Virus record (IMG/VR): IMGVR_UViG_3300033067_002207
Location: 1,865-65,864 of that record
Source: a virus
Lineage: Duplodnaviria; Caudoviricetes
Length of the DNA stretch: 64,000 bases
Direction: 5' to 3' (one strand)
Shown here: positions 9,016-17,072 of the stretch, piece by piece
Layout of the letters: each line of letters starts with the position of its first letter
Position numbering within the stretch: the stretch's first letter is position 1
Notes under the pieces: model-generated
The model's database searches: none
Told to the model about the DNA's origin: nothing
The model's input: the letters and a program-made list of their open reading frames with translations, nothing else
Made by a program: the position numbers and the translations under genes

Positions 9016-9723
9016 TCACTTGAGACCGAAGGTTCCCTTGTCGGCCTTTGCGAACCGGGCCTCGGCCCCCTTATTCGCGATCTCGCGTCCCAGGGCGGCG
9101 TACAGCGTCGCAGCCGGCGTCTTGCCGCCCGGCGACTTCCAGAGGCCGCGGGATTCCATCTCGCTGACCATCTCCTGGCAGTTCAGCGGGCGACCGACCG
9201 CCTTCAGCACCTGGGCCGCGGCGTCAAGCTGACTCAGCTTCTTAGTCGCGGCGGGGTCAGCCGCCGGTTTTGCGGCCTTCGGTGCGGCCGGATCTTTGAC
9301 CGCGGCGACCTTACCGGACTTCGGGGTCTTCGCGGCCTTCGGCGGCTTGGTGGCTTTCGCCGCGGCCTTCGCCGGCTTCTCAGCCTTCACCTTCGCGGGC
9401 TTCGCGGCCTTGGTCTTCGGGGTCTTCTTGGTAGCAGATTTTTTCGCCATCGTCAGGTCTCCTTCAGTTGAGGTTGGTGGTTCGTCGTCCGGCAGGGCCA
9501 TCACCGGCGTGCGTGCGGCCCAGGACGTTCGCTTGTTCTTCTGAGCGATAAAGGTTCGCTTTTCTCCGTCGTCGCCTTCGATCTCGACCACCGTCGCCGG
9601 CTTGTCGAGGTCGATGACTGCTCGGCTGTCCGAAACTGTGACGAGTCTGCCGGTGATCTGCAAGTCTGGCTGCAAAAATCTTGTGCCCGGTTTTAGCTGA
9701 GCGAGCGGCTGTAGCAGCGGCAT
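9016..9723 (-). CDS. Lys/Ala-rich histone-like protein with a C-terminal winged helix (HARE-HTH-like); probable internal start at 9450
   Basis: KKLSQLDAAAQVL...WKSPGGKTPAATLYAAL.REI...RF.K...G.F motif; AKPAK-rich linker; AAGGAG SD 7 nt before the internal ATG of MAKKSATKK. Confidence 0.8.
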   Translation of the reverse strand: MPLLQPLAQLKPGTRFLQPDLQITGRLVTVSDSRAVIDLDKPATVVEIEGDDGEKRTFIAQKNKRTSWAARTPVMALPDDEPPTSTEGDLTMAKKSATKKTPKTKAAKPAKVKAEKPAKAAAKATKPPKAAKTPKSGKVAAVKDPAAPKAAKPAADPAATKKLSQLDAAAQVLKAVGRPLNCQEMVSEMESRGLWKSPGGKTPAATLYAALGREIANKGAEARFAKADKGTFGLK

Positions 9724-9749
9724 GGGTTCTCCTCGTTAGGGTCAGGGGG

Positions 9750-10034
9750 TCAGTGGCTCAGTTCGTACGCGGCCTGCTTGCGGGCCAACTCGGCGAAGTT
9801 CATGTTCCGCAGGCAGTTCTCCAGGTCATTGATGGCCCAGTTCAGGAAGTCCCGCGGATTGCCGATCCCGCCCGTCGCGGGGTCGTATGCGGCGATGTCG
9901 GCGATCCGCTTGTCGATCTGAGCCGCGCATCGCCTGAGCGTTTCGGCCCGGTCGTTCAACGCCTCGATCACGGCCTTGTGCGAAAACTCGGCGTCGAGGC
10001 GTTTCATGCGAGCGGTGATTTCTTCGTCGGTCAT
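9750..10034 (-). CDS. Hypothetical helical protein (94 aa)
   Basis: ATG at 10034 preceded by a GAAAGG SD and a copy of the repeated promoter/leader. Confidence 0.7.
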   Translation of the reverse strand: MTDEEITARMKRLDAEFSHKAVIEALNDRAETLRRCAAQIDKRIADIAAYDPATGGIGNPRDFLNWAINDLENCLRNMNFAELARKQAAYELSH

Positions 10035-10070
10035 GGGTTCCCTTTCGGTTGGTGGTGATTCGTCCTCTGC

Positions 10071-10103
10071 AGTGATAACGCGGTGGGCCGCGGGTCGGAT
10101 CAC
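10071..10103 (-). promoter_or_regulatory. ECF-type promoter, copy 1
   Basis: GTGATC-N17-CGTTATCACT, with an inverted repeat CGCGG..CCGCG abutting the -10. Confidence 0.65.
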
Positions 10104-10555
10104 TGAATATCCTGCAATTCCATTTTTTCCAGCCGGCGTTCGGTCCACCGCAGGGCCGTGGCCAGCGGCCGGGGTTCCAGCCCCCAGTCCTGATACCCCC
10201 GCTTGATGCAGTCCAGGTACGATTCGCTGGGCAGCATCAGGGTACGGCGTGGCGTCATCACGTAGAACATCGCCTCGCGGCCGTCCGCGGTCAGGATCGT
10301 GCGCTTGACGTAATAACTGGGGAACCCCTCGTAGCGGTCCAAGGCCCGCTCGCACTCGGCGGTGATCTCGTACACCGCCCCGATCACGCGGCCCCTGGGG
10401 TCAGGGATCACGTCAGCGTGGGTCTTGAACACCAGCCGGAACCCCGGCAGGTCGGCCCGGCACAGGGGCTTGGCCCGCGGGCAGCGTATCTGCATTTGAT
10501 CCAGGTTCAGGTTGCTGCCGTAGGCGAAATACAGGGCGTGGTGCTTGGCGGTCAT
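10100..10555 (-). CDS. Gamma-glutamylcyclotransferase (AIG2-like) family protein
   Basis: YFAYGSNL...RC...LDRYEG.P..Y motifs. Confidence 0.92.
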   Translation of the reverse strand: MTAKHHALYFAYGSNLNLDQMQIRCPRAKPLCRADLPGFRLVFKTHADVIPDPRGRVIGAVYEITAECERALDRYEGFPSYYVKRTILTADGREAMFYVMTPRRTLMLPSESYLDCIKRGYQDWGLEPRPLATALRWTERRLEKMELQDIQ

Positions 10556-10593
10556 CGTGCGGTCCTTTCGGTTGGTGGTGATTGCTGGCCTGT

Positions 10594-10626
10594 AGTGATA
10601 ACGCAGCGGATCGCTGCGAGGTTCAC
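10594..10626 (-). promoter_or_regulatory. ECF-type promoter, copy 2
   Basis: GTGAAC-N17-CGTTATCACT with hairpin CGCAGCG-ATC-CGCTGCG. Its 20-bp leader (10564-10583) is identical to 10041-10060. Confidence 0.7.
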
Positions 10627-10633
10627 GGTTTTC

Positions 10634-10665
10634 AAAAAACCCCGGCGGCGAACCCCGCCGCCGGG
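10634..10665 (-). terminator. Intrinsic terminator after the amidoligase gene
   Basis: GC hairpin CCCGGCGGCG/CGCCGCCGGG followed by a T-run on the minus strand. Confidence 0.8.
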
Positions 10666-10677
10666 CGTCGCCGCGGC

Positions 10678-11523
10678 TTACCGGGCCGCGTCGTATTTCT
10701 GAGCGAGGCGGCGGAACTCCTTCTTGATCGCTTTGTCGTCAGCCGGGGCGAAGCCGGTCATCCCGTATTTGCGACCGCTCTTGACGTGCCCCTTGGTCCA
10801 GCCGAGGCGGTAGAACAACCGGTTGACTTCCGCTTCGCCGTGACCGGCCGTCCCGCGTTCCCAGGGTCCGGGCTTGCCGGGCTTGGCGTTGTAGTCCCAG
10901 CCGACCGACCGCTTGCTGTCCAGGGCCAACTCGACCAAGCCCAACACCATCAGCAGGTGACCGATCACTTTGGTCTTGTTGAGCGTGCCGGCGAAGGCGC
11001 GGAATTCAATCCGGTTTTTGCCTGAGGCGAGGTGCGTCAGGTTGAGCAGGTGATATCGGTTGCTGTCCAGGTGCCACTTCGCGTTGTTGGCGTTGCCGTA
11101 CTGCTTGACCGGCCGCGAAAAACGGCCTTGCTCGCGGCTGTGCGTTCCGGTCGAGGCGTAGATCGCTTTTTCATGGTTCGCGACCAGGGTGATCAGCCGG
11201 GCCAAGGCGACCGCGTCGCCGTTCCAGGTGACCGTGATGTGCAGCCCGCAACTCGGGTTCACCCGTGCGCCGCGGGCGTTCATCTTGTCGATCGCGTCCG
11301 TGACCTGAGCGATCCCCTCGTCACCGCTTAGCTTCGGGCTGACGAACTCACAGCCTTTGCGATCCGGCGTCCCGGTCTGGATGCTGCCGTCCCGTTCCGC
11401 CCGCCAGCCGGCCGGAAGCCAGGGCACCTGCCAGCCGTTGTGATAGGGGCCGATCGGGGTGTCATCGCTGCCCGGCAGGGTGGTTTCGAATTCGATCCCG
11501 AAGGTGATGTCGGCGGCGTTCAT
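10678..11523 (-). CDS. Putative amidoligase (Amidoligase_2, COOH-NH2 ligase)
   Basis: TFGIEFET, RDGSI, CEFVSPKL, NPSCGLHI, RYHLLN and RIEFRAFAGTLN motifs. Confidence 0.9.
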   Translation of the reverse strand: MNAADITFGIEFETTLPGSDDTPIGPYHNGWQVPWLPAGWRAERDGSIQTGTPDRKGCEFVSPKLSGDEGIAQVTDAIDKMNARGARVNPSCGLHITVTWNGDAVALARLITLVANHEKAIYASTGTHSREQGRFSRPVKQYGNANNAKWHLDSNRYHLLNLTHLASGKNRIEFRAFAGTLNKTKVIGHLLMVLGLVELALDSKRSVGWDYNAKPGKPGPWERGTAGHGEAEVNRLFYRLGWTKGHVKSGRKYGMTGFAPADDKAIKKEFRRLAQKYDAAR

Positions 11524-11564
11524 CGTAGGCTCCTGATTTGGTTTCGCGTTTCACTGCTGACATC

Positions 11565-11595
11565 AGGATAACGCAGTTCACTGCGAACGGTTCAC
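11565..11595 (-). promoter_or_regulatory. ECF-type promoter, copy 3
   Basis: GTGAAC-N16-CGTTATCCT with inverted repeat CGCAG..CTGCG. Confidence 0.65.
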
Positions 11596-11681
11596 GAATC
11601 CGCTGCGAATTTTTCTTTTTCTCACGCCGACGCAGTAAGCTGCGAACGTGTTTGCAGTTACGGCGAGGGAATTTTGCTGCG

Positions 11682-11710
11682 TTGACGAATTAGTCGCGGG
11701 CCGTTAGGAT
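11682..11710 (+). promoter_or_regulatory. Sigma70 promoter with GAC-N6-GTC operator
   Basis: TTGACG-N17-TAGGAT; contains TTGAC-GAATTA-GTCGC. Confidence 0.8.
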
Positions 11711-11737
11711 CACCGCCTCACCTGAAAGGGGGCGAAC

Positions 11738-12898
11738 GTGACGGAACCGGAGAAGATTGAGGGTAAGAATTGGGTCGTATGGATCGGCGAGGTGCGGCGG
11801 TGCCTGAGCATGATCCCTGACCGCAGCGTCCACACCATCGTGACCAGCCCGCCGTACTGGAACCTGCGGGACTATGGCGTCGAGGGTCAGATCGGCCTCG
11901 AAGCGACGCCGGCCGAATTCGTCGCCGTGATGGTCGACGTCTTCCGGGAGTGCCGCCGCGTGCTGCGTGACGACGGGACGTGCTGGATCAATATCGGGGA
12001 CAGCTACAACGGGCCTGGCGGGTGCGACGATCTCAAACCCAAAGACCTCTGCGGCATCCCCTGGCGGCTGGCCTTCGCGATCCAGGATGACGGCTGGTGG
12101 TTGCGTCAGGACATCATCTGGCACAAGGGAAACCCGATGCCCGAATCCGTGAACGACCGCTGCTCCAAGGCCCACGAATATATTTTTCTGCTCGCCAAAA
12201 GCGCTCGGTACTTTTACGACGCCGAGGCGGTACGCGAGCCGGGCACCCGCACCGAATGGAGTACGCAGAAGTTCAAAGGCGGCGACCTGACCAAGCATCA
12301 CAAGTCATCGATCGGACCCGAACCGGGCGATCCGAACGCCGGACGCAATCTGCGGTCGGTCTGGAAGATGAACTCCGAGGGGACCAGCGTGGCTCACTTC
12401 GCGGCGTTCCCCTCTCAGTTGCCGGCCCGCTGCATCAAGGCCGGCACCAGCGAGAAGGGTTGCTGCGAGCGGTGCGGCGCGCCGTGGGTCAGGATCATCG
12501 ACTCCGAACGGGTCGCCACGCGGCCGGGGAACAGATCGAAGGTGCATGCCGTCAGCACGCCGGGCAAGGCCGCTGACCTGAGGCACAACGGGGACAACGG
12601 CCTGATCATCGGCAACCGTGACCCGCAGCGGCACGTCAGCATCACGCGGACGGTCGGCTGGGAGCCGTCTTGCGATTGCGACGCCGGCGACCCGGTCCCC
12701 TGCACCGTGCTGGACTGCTTTTCCGGGACTGGCACCACCGGGATGGTGGCCACGGAACTCGGGCGGAAATACATCGGGTGCGAACTGAACCCGGAATACG
12801 CCCTGGGATCGTCCGTCCGCATCGAGTCATGGAAACACCGCGACGTCGCGGTCAAACCCGTCAAAGCGATACCAGGTCAGAAAGCTCTTTTCACATGA
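11738..12898 (+). CDS. DNA amino-methyltransferase (N4-C/N6-A, beta class)
   Basis: SPPYW motif IV is N-terminal to motif I DCFSGTGTT; Cys-containing insertion (CCERCG...CDC). Confidence 0.93.
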   Translation: MTEPEKIEGKNWVVWIGEVRRCLSMIPDRSVHTIVTSPPYWNLRDYGVEGQIGLEATPAEFVAVMVDVFRECRRVLRDDGTCWINIGDSYNGPGGCDDLKPKDLCGIPWRLAFAIQDDGWWLRQDIIWHKGNPMPESVNDRCSKAHEYIFLLAKSARYFYDAEAVREPGTRTEWSTQKFKGGDLTKHHKSSIGPEPGDPNAGRNLRSVWKMNSEGTSVAHFAAFPSQLPARCIKAGTSEKGCCERCGAPWVRIIDSERVATRPGNRSKVHAVSTPGKAADLRHNGDNGLIIGNRDPQRHVSITRTVGWEPSCDCDAGDPVPCTVLDCFSGTGTTGMVATELGRKYIGCELNPEYALGSSVRIESWKHRDVAVKPVKAIPGQKALFT

Positions 12899-13236
12899 AC
12901 GACGACACGCTCAAAGTACGACGCCGGGCGATGGACTATATGCACAAGATGGCCAAGCACCTGGTGAACAACGACCCCGACGTGGTCTGCAGCATTACCG
13001 CGGCCAACATCCTGGTTGGCCTGTCTACGCTATATCCCGGTCTATGGACTGAGTTCGGTCGGATCACGCAGCCGCAGTTCCGGCAATTCCACGGCCTCTG
13101 CTGTGAGTGCGGAAACGTAGAAATGCCGACCGAGGAATGCCACGGGCCGATCTGTGAGAAGTGCGAGATCGAGATGATCAACGCCGCCGAAGAGGCCGAG
13201 CGGGAGATGAACGAAGACGCGGATGGCGAAGACTAG
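12895..13236 (+). CDS. Hypothetical protein with a zinc ribbon
   Basis: ATGA-coupled start; CCECG...CEKC. Confidence 0.65.
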   Translation: MNDDTLKVRRRAMDYMHKMAKHLVNNDPDVVCSITAANILVGLSTLYPGLWTEFGRITQPQFRQFHGLCCECGNVEMPTEECHGPICEKCEIEMINAAEEAEREMNEDADGED

Positions 13237-13337
13237 CCATTGCGAAAAGTCATGTCGCCGATTGACATACGGACACGCCTGCTCGCATAATCGCCGCGAA
13301 GTCTGCGATTTATGTTTCACCCCAGGAGCGTCCAATC

Positions 13338-13637
13338 ATGGCGATCGATCTGAAAAAACTGGAAGACGTCTTGTTCGCCGACCCATTTTGGGTCGGCGTG
13401 CTGGAGCAGGCGAACGACCTGATGGACGGGGATATCGATGACCCGAAGACCGCGACCATGCTGCGGACGCTGAAGCAGCGGCTGATCGACGCGGCCATGT
13501 CGGAACTGAAAAAGGCCAGCCTGTTCGTGTGGTTCCTGTGGGGCGACAAGCTGTCGCAGCAAATCGACAAGGTGTTTGAGAAGGAGATTCAACGCCTGAT
13601 CGACGCGGCCAAGCTGCCCGCGCCGCCCGTTCTCTGA
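13338..13637 (+). CDS. Hypothetical protein
   Basis: SD CAGGAG; 99-aa helical ORF heading the membrane/peptidase cluster. Confidence 0.7.
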   Translation: MAIDLKKLEDVLFADPFWVGVLEQANDLMDGDIDDPKTATMLRTLKQRLIDAAMSELKKASLFVWFLWGDKLSQQIDKVFEKEIQRLIDAAKLPAPPVL

Positions 13638-13683
13638 TTCTGATCTCCGTACGTCCCGTTTAACTCAACATCAAGGAGATGCC

Positions 13684-14580
13684 ATGACGAACTCGTCAGA
13701 AGGATCGTCCGTTCGCCCGCCGAGCGGAGCAATCTGGTGGCTGCTGATCAGCGCAATCTTCGGCGGCGGCACGGTGCTGTCCAGCCAGACGGTGCTGCCC
13801 TGGGCCGCGAATAAAACCATTAAACCCCCGGTGGTCGCCGTGATCACCGGGCCGACGCACGTTGGCCCGGCGAAGATCGTCAAGCTGCACGGGGACGGCT
13901 CGACCGGAAGCCCGACCGTCTACAACTGGTTCACCGAAGACGGGCCGACGCCCGAACTGGCCGATGACGGAAAGAACGTGCTGGTGTCGCTCGACCGCAA
14001 CCAGACGGCCACGTACACGCTGTTTGTCAGCGATGGGACCACCGGATCGGTGGTCAAACACCGGATCACCAGCAACCCGGTGTCCGAACTGACGAAGCCC
14101 GAACCGGCTAAGCCTACGGACCCGAAGCCGGCAGACCCCAGGCCCGCTGATCCCAGGCCCGCTGATCCCAAGCCGGCCGACCCGAAGCCCACGGACCCGG
14201 TCAAGCCCGCCGATCCGCTCGCCGGCGGGCGATTCAAAGATAAGAGCGGACGTGTGATCGAGGTCGCGCGAGAAGTTTACACGGCGATTCAGTCTGTCCG
14301 TTCAGAGAACCGTGCGGCCGAATGCCGGCAGCTTGCCGCGTCAATGCAGGTCGTTCGCGATCAGATCGCAGACAAGGCGATCGACCGGCCGGCCAAGGTG
14401 GTTCCGGCGATCGTCGAGGAGTTGAAAAAACTGCCGCCCGCCTGGCGACCGGCGATCGCCCGGCTGCTGACAATCATGGAGCCGCTGGCAACGCAGACGA
14501 ATCAGCTAGACCGCGTCGAATCGTGGGACGCCTTACTGGGTGAAATTCAGGTTGGTGCCAAGGAAGGGGAGAAGTTATGA
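13684..14580 (+). CDS. Membrane-anchored exported protein with a PKD/Ig-like domain, Pro-rich repeats and a helical C-domain
   Basis: SD AAGGAG; TM segment AIWWLLISAIFGGG; LHGDGSTG...YNW...YTLFVSDG beta-sandwich pattern; (K/R)P(A/T)DP repeats. Confidence 0.75.
   Translation: MTNSSEGSSVRPPSGAIWWLLISAIFGGGTVLSSQTVLPWAANKTIKPPVVAVITGPTHVGPAKIVKLHGDGSTGSPTVYNWFTEDGPTPELADDGKNVLVSLDRNQTATYTLFVSDGTTGSVVKHRITSNPVSELTKPEPAKPTDPKPADPRPADPRPADPKPADPKPTDPVKPADPLAGGRFKDKSGRVIEVAREVYTAIQSVRSENRAAECRQLAASMQVVRDQIADKAIDRPAKVVPAIVEELKKLPPAWRPAIARLLTIMEPLATQTNQLDRVESWDALLGEIQVGAKEGEKL
14095..14220 (+). repeat. Imperfect 15-bp tandem repeat encoding (K/R)P(A/T)DP
   Basis: KPEPAKPTDPKPADPRPADPRPADPKPADPKPTDPVKPADP. 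Confidence 0.85.
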
Positions 14581-15722
14581 CGCTGTCCGAACCGGCAAAG
14601 CGAAAATGGATCGGCATCACCGCGGTCGCCGTTAGCACGGCGCTGACCGCCGTGGCGTTTTACCTGCTGATGGCTCCCAGCGGCCCGATGCTGGGCGTGC
14701 CTGATGATCACCTGGAAGTGGCCGAGGCGGCGTACGCCACTCTGCCTGAGCCGTTCATGGTCGCGGGAGAAGCGGCCGGCCAGGACAACTCCGCTAAGAA
14801 CGTGCGGCTATGGGAGGTCGTTCGCCAGGTCGCCCTGATCGGTAAACCGCTCGGTCAAGACCTGGGCTGCGGCCCCCAGCAGACGGGTGACTGCGTTTCC
14901 TGGGGCATCTGCTGCGCGCGGAATACACGGCTGTGTATCCAGGTATTCAAAGGCGAGGCGAACGGAAACTCGGCGGTGTCTTTCCCGCCGTATGATTACG
15001 GGATCGCCCGGCGTCACGCGGACCAGATGGGTCTAAGGATGCTGCCGTGCGATCGCTATGGCGGGGCGTACCCGTCCGTCGCGGCGATCGGGACCAAGAC
15101 CTGGGGCTTTCTAACGGTCAGCGACAACCCGCCGCAATACAGCGGAAGCCTGGCCCGCACGTGGGGCTGCAACGGCGTGCCCGAAAACTTCCGCACGATC
15201 GGCCGTCAACGGGCCGGCGGCGACGTCTATCCGATCCGCTCGGTCGAGGAATTACGGGACGCGATCTGCAATTCGTTCCCATGCACAATTGCTACCCGAT
15301 TCTCGCCCGGTGATCGGTACACCATTGACGGACGCGGGTGCCTTCGCTGGAATGGCCCGATGCTTGGCGGGCACCAGATGTGCGTGACGGGTTACGACGG
15401 GAGCCTGGGAGTTGGCCATGAATACTTTTTTATCCAGAACAGTCATGGGCCGAATGCGTCGGCCAGCGCGCCTCCACAGCAAGGCGAGCCGCGTGGCGGG
15501 TTCTGGATTCCGCTGAGCCTAGCACGGCAATGGCTCGTTAAAGGGGAATGCTGGGCGATGAGCGACGTCGCCGGGTTCCCAGCCGAGGATAAAATTGACT
15601 GGTCGCTGTTTGATCAGTTTAAAGTTCAGGCAATGCAAAAGGAGATCAAAGATGCGGTTCCCAATGGTCCGGTTGACAATCGCCGTGCTGAACGCGGTAC
15701 TGGCCGTCTGCTCGCTTTGTAG
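14577..15722 (+). CDS. Membrane-anchored papain-like (C1 family) cysteine peptidase
   Basis: N-terminal TM; Q-x-x-G-D-C-V-S-W-G nucleophile motif, GGHQM His and IQNSHG Asn. Confidence 0.88.
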   Translation: MTLSEPAKRKWIGITAVAVSTALTAVAFYLLMAPSGPMLGVPDDHLEVAEAAYATLPEPFMVAGEAAGQDNSAKNVRLWEVVRQVALIGKPLGQDLGCGPQQTGDCVSWGICCARNTRLCIQVFKGEANGNSAVSFPPYDYGIARRHADQMGLRMLPCDRYGGAYPSVAAIGTKTWGFLTVSDNPPQYSGSLARTWGCNGVPENFRTIGRQRAGGDVYPIRSVEELRDAICNSFPCTIATRFSPGDRYTIDGRGCLRWNGPMLGGHQMCVTGYDGSLGVGHEYFFIQNSHGPNASASAPPQQGEPRGGFWIPLSLARQWLVKGECWAMSDVAGFPAEDKIDWSLFDQFKVQAMQKEIKDAVPNGPVDNRRAERGTGRLLAL

Positions 15723-16524
15723 CGGCCAGGATTTCACGGAGATGCGGCAGATCTGCCAGGCCGATAAGCCGTGCTTCGAATCGATGCGATCTTTACTAAA
15801 CGAGCCGGTCACGGTCACGGTCGCGGCAATCGATACGTCGCCGTTCGACTTTGGCCCGATGCGGGCGCTGGCCTCCGGGGTTTGCAATTGCACCGAAGAC
15901 GGCGTCTGCACCTGCGGAGCCAGGTGTGACTGCCAGGCCAAAAAGAAGCTGCCTGACAAAACGCCCGACCCCATCGCCGAGGCGCTGAAGTCAATCTCGG
16001 AACGGCTCGATCGCATTGAAGCGTCGTCAAAGCAAAAGACGTCTGCGCACCTGACGCCTGAGCCGCCAAAAAAAATGGACGAGGTCCGAGCGAGGTATCC
16101 GGTCAACAACCGGGCGCGCTGGCACCGGTTTTCAGGAAATCATCGCGTCTCCCCGTCGCTCCAGGAGATCCGTAATCACCTGAAGCACGATCACCCGCAG
16201 CTTGACCCCGAGTGGATTGATACGCTGAATTACGAAGAATGCGAATCGGTCCATACCGACGCTCACGAAAACCGGCTGCAGCCTGAAGCACGGTTCGCCG
16301 TCAGCAAACACGCCGGCCGGCCGAAGGCAAAGCCCCCGGCGGCGTCAGAGGAGCCGAAAGCGGCGGCGATGGCCCCGAACGAGTATGCGGTCGCGATCGA
16401 CGGGCGAATGGCGAAATACCGAGCGGAAGTCAGCGAGCAAAGCGTCTGGACCTGCGGTCCTCGCGGCTGCTATTGGAAAAAGACGCCCCAGGTGAAAAGC
16501 CAGTTTGTGGAATGGATCAATTGA
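15652..16524 (+). CDS. Exported Cys-rich hypothetical protein
   Basis: SD AAGGAG before ATG 15652; signal-peptide-like N-terminus; CNCTEDGVCTCGARCDC and CGPRGC motifs. Confidence 0.65.
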   Translation: MRFPMVRLTIAVLNAVLAVCSLCSGQDFTEMRQICQADKPCFESMRSLLNEPVTVTVAAIDTSPFDFGPMRALASGVCNCTEDGVCTCGARCDCQAKKKLPDKTPDPIAEALKSISERLDRIEASSKQKTSAHLTPEPPKKMDEVRARYPVNNRARWHRFSGNHRVSPSLQEIRNHLKHDHPQLDPEWIDTLNYEECESVHTDAHENRLQPEARFAVSKHAGRPKAKPPAASEEPKAAAMAPNEYAVAIDGRMAKYRAEVSEQSVWTCGPRGCYWKKTPQVKSQFVEWIN

Positions 16525-16991
16525 ACAGCGCCATCACATACATCATTCACGGCACGGCCGCGGCGATCATCGTCGCGGTCTGCTGCTGCGCTCAGCCGGA
16601 CGTGCCGACCACCGAGCCGGCGCGCGAATTCCGCGAAGTGCCGCAACTCGGCATCACGCTCCCCTGCAAGGTGCTGTCCGTTCACGATGGAGATACTCTC
16701 AAGGTCGAATGCCGATTCACGATGGATATTAGGCTGCTCGACTGCTGGGCACCGGAGTTGAGCGGGGCTGATCGGCTCGCCGGATTCAAGAGTCGCGACA
16801 ACCTCAAGGCCATCGCCGAAGGAAAAACGGGAATCGTGTCCGTTCCGCTCACGAGCGACAACATCGGCAAGGCGACATCGATGTCGCGCGTGTTAGGCCG
16901 AGTGCTGATCAATGGAGACGACGTTGGCTATTTGCAGGTGCAGGGCGGATTCGCGACGAAGACCAAAGAGGCAAAAGAAAAACCCGAATAA
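16512..16991 (+). CDS. Thermonuclease (SNase-like) with an N-terminal signal/lipoprotein-like anchor
   Basis: VHDGDTL...IRLLDCWAPE...RVLG...GFA; hydrophobic AAAIIVAVCCC. Confidence 0.88.
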   Translation: MDQLNSAITYIIHGTAAAIIVAVCCCAQPDVPTTEPAREFREVPQLGITLPCKVLSVHDGDTLKVECRFTMDIRLLDCWAPELSGADRLAGFKSRDNLKAIAEGKTGIVSVPLTSDNIGKATSMSRVLGRVLINGDDVGYLQVQGGFATKTKEAKEKPE

Positions 16992-17072
16992 CCGCTGGAG
17001 CGGTCGCACCGACCCCGCCGTTGCATGATGCAATCGCCCGCAAGGGCCGGCGGGGTCTTGAGGAGAGGAAAC

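Noticed and set aside
13223-13441. Cys/His-containing small ORF
   Set aside because: It overlaps the better-supported 13338 gene by about 100 nt and has no clear SD; cannot be supported.
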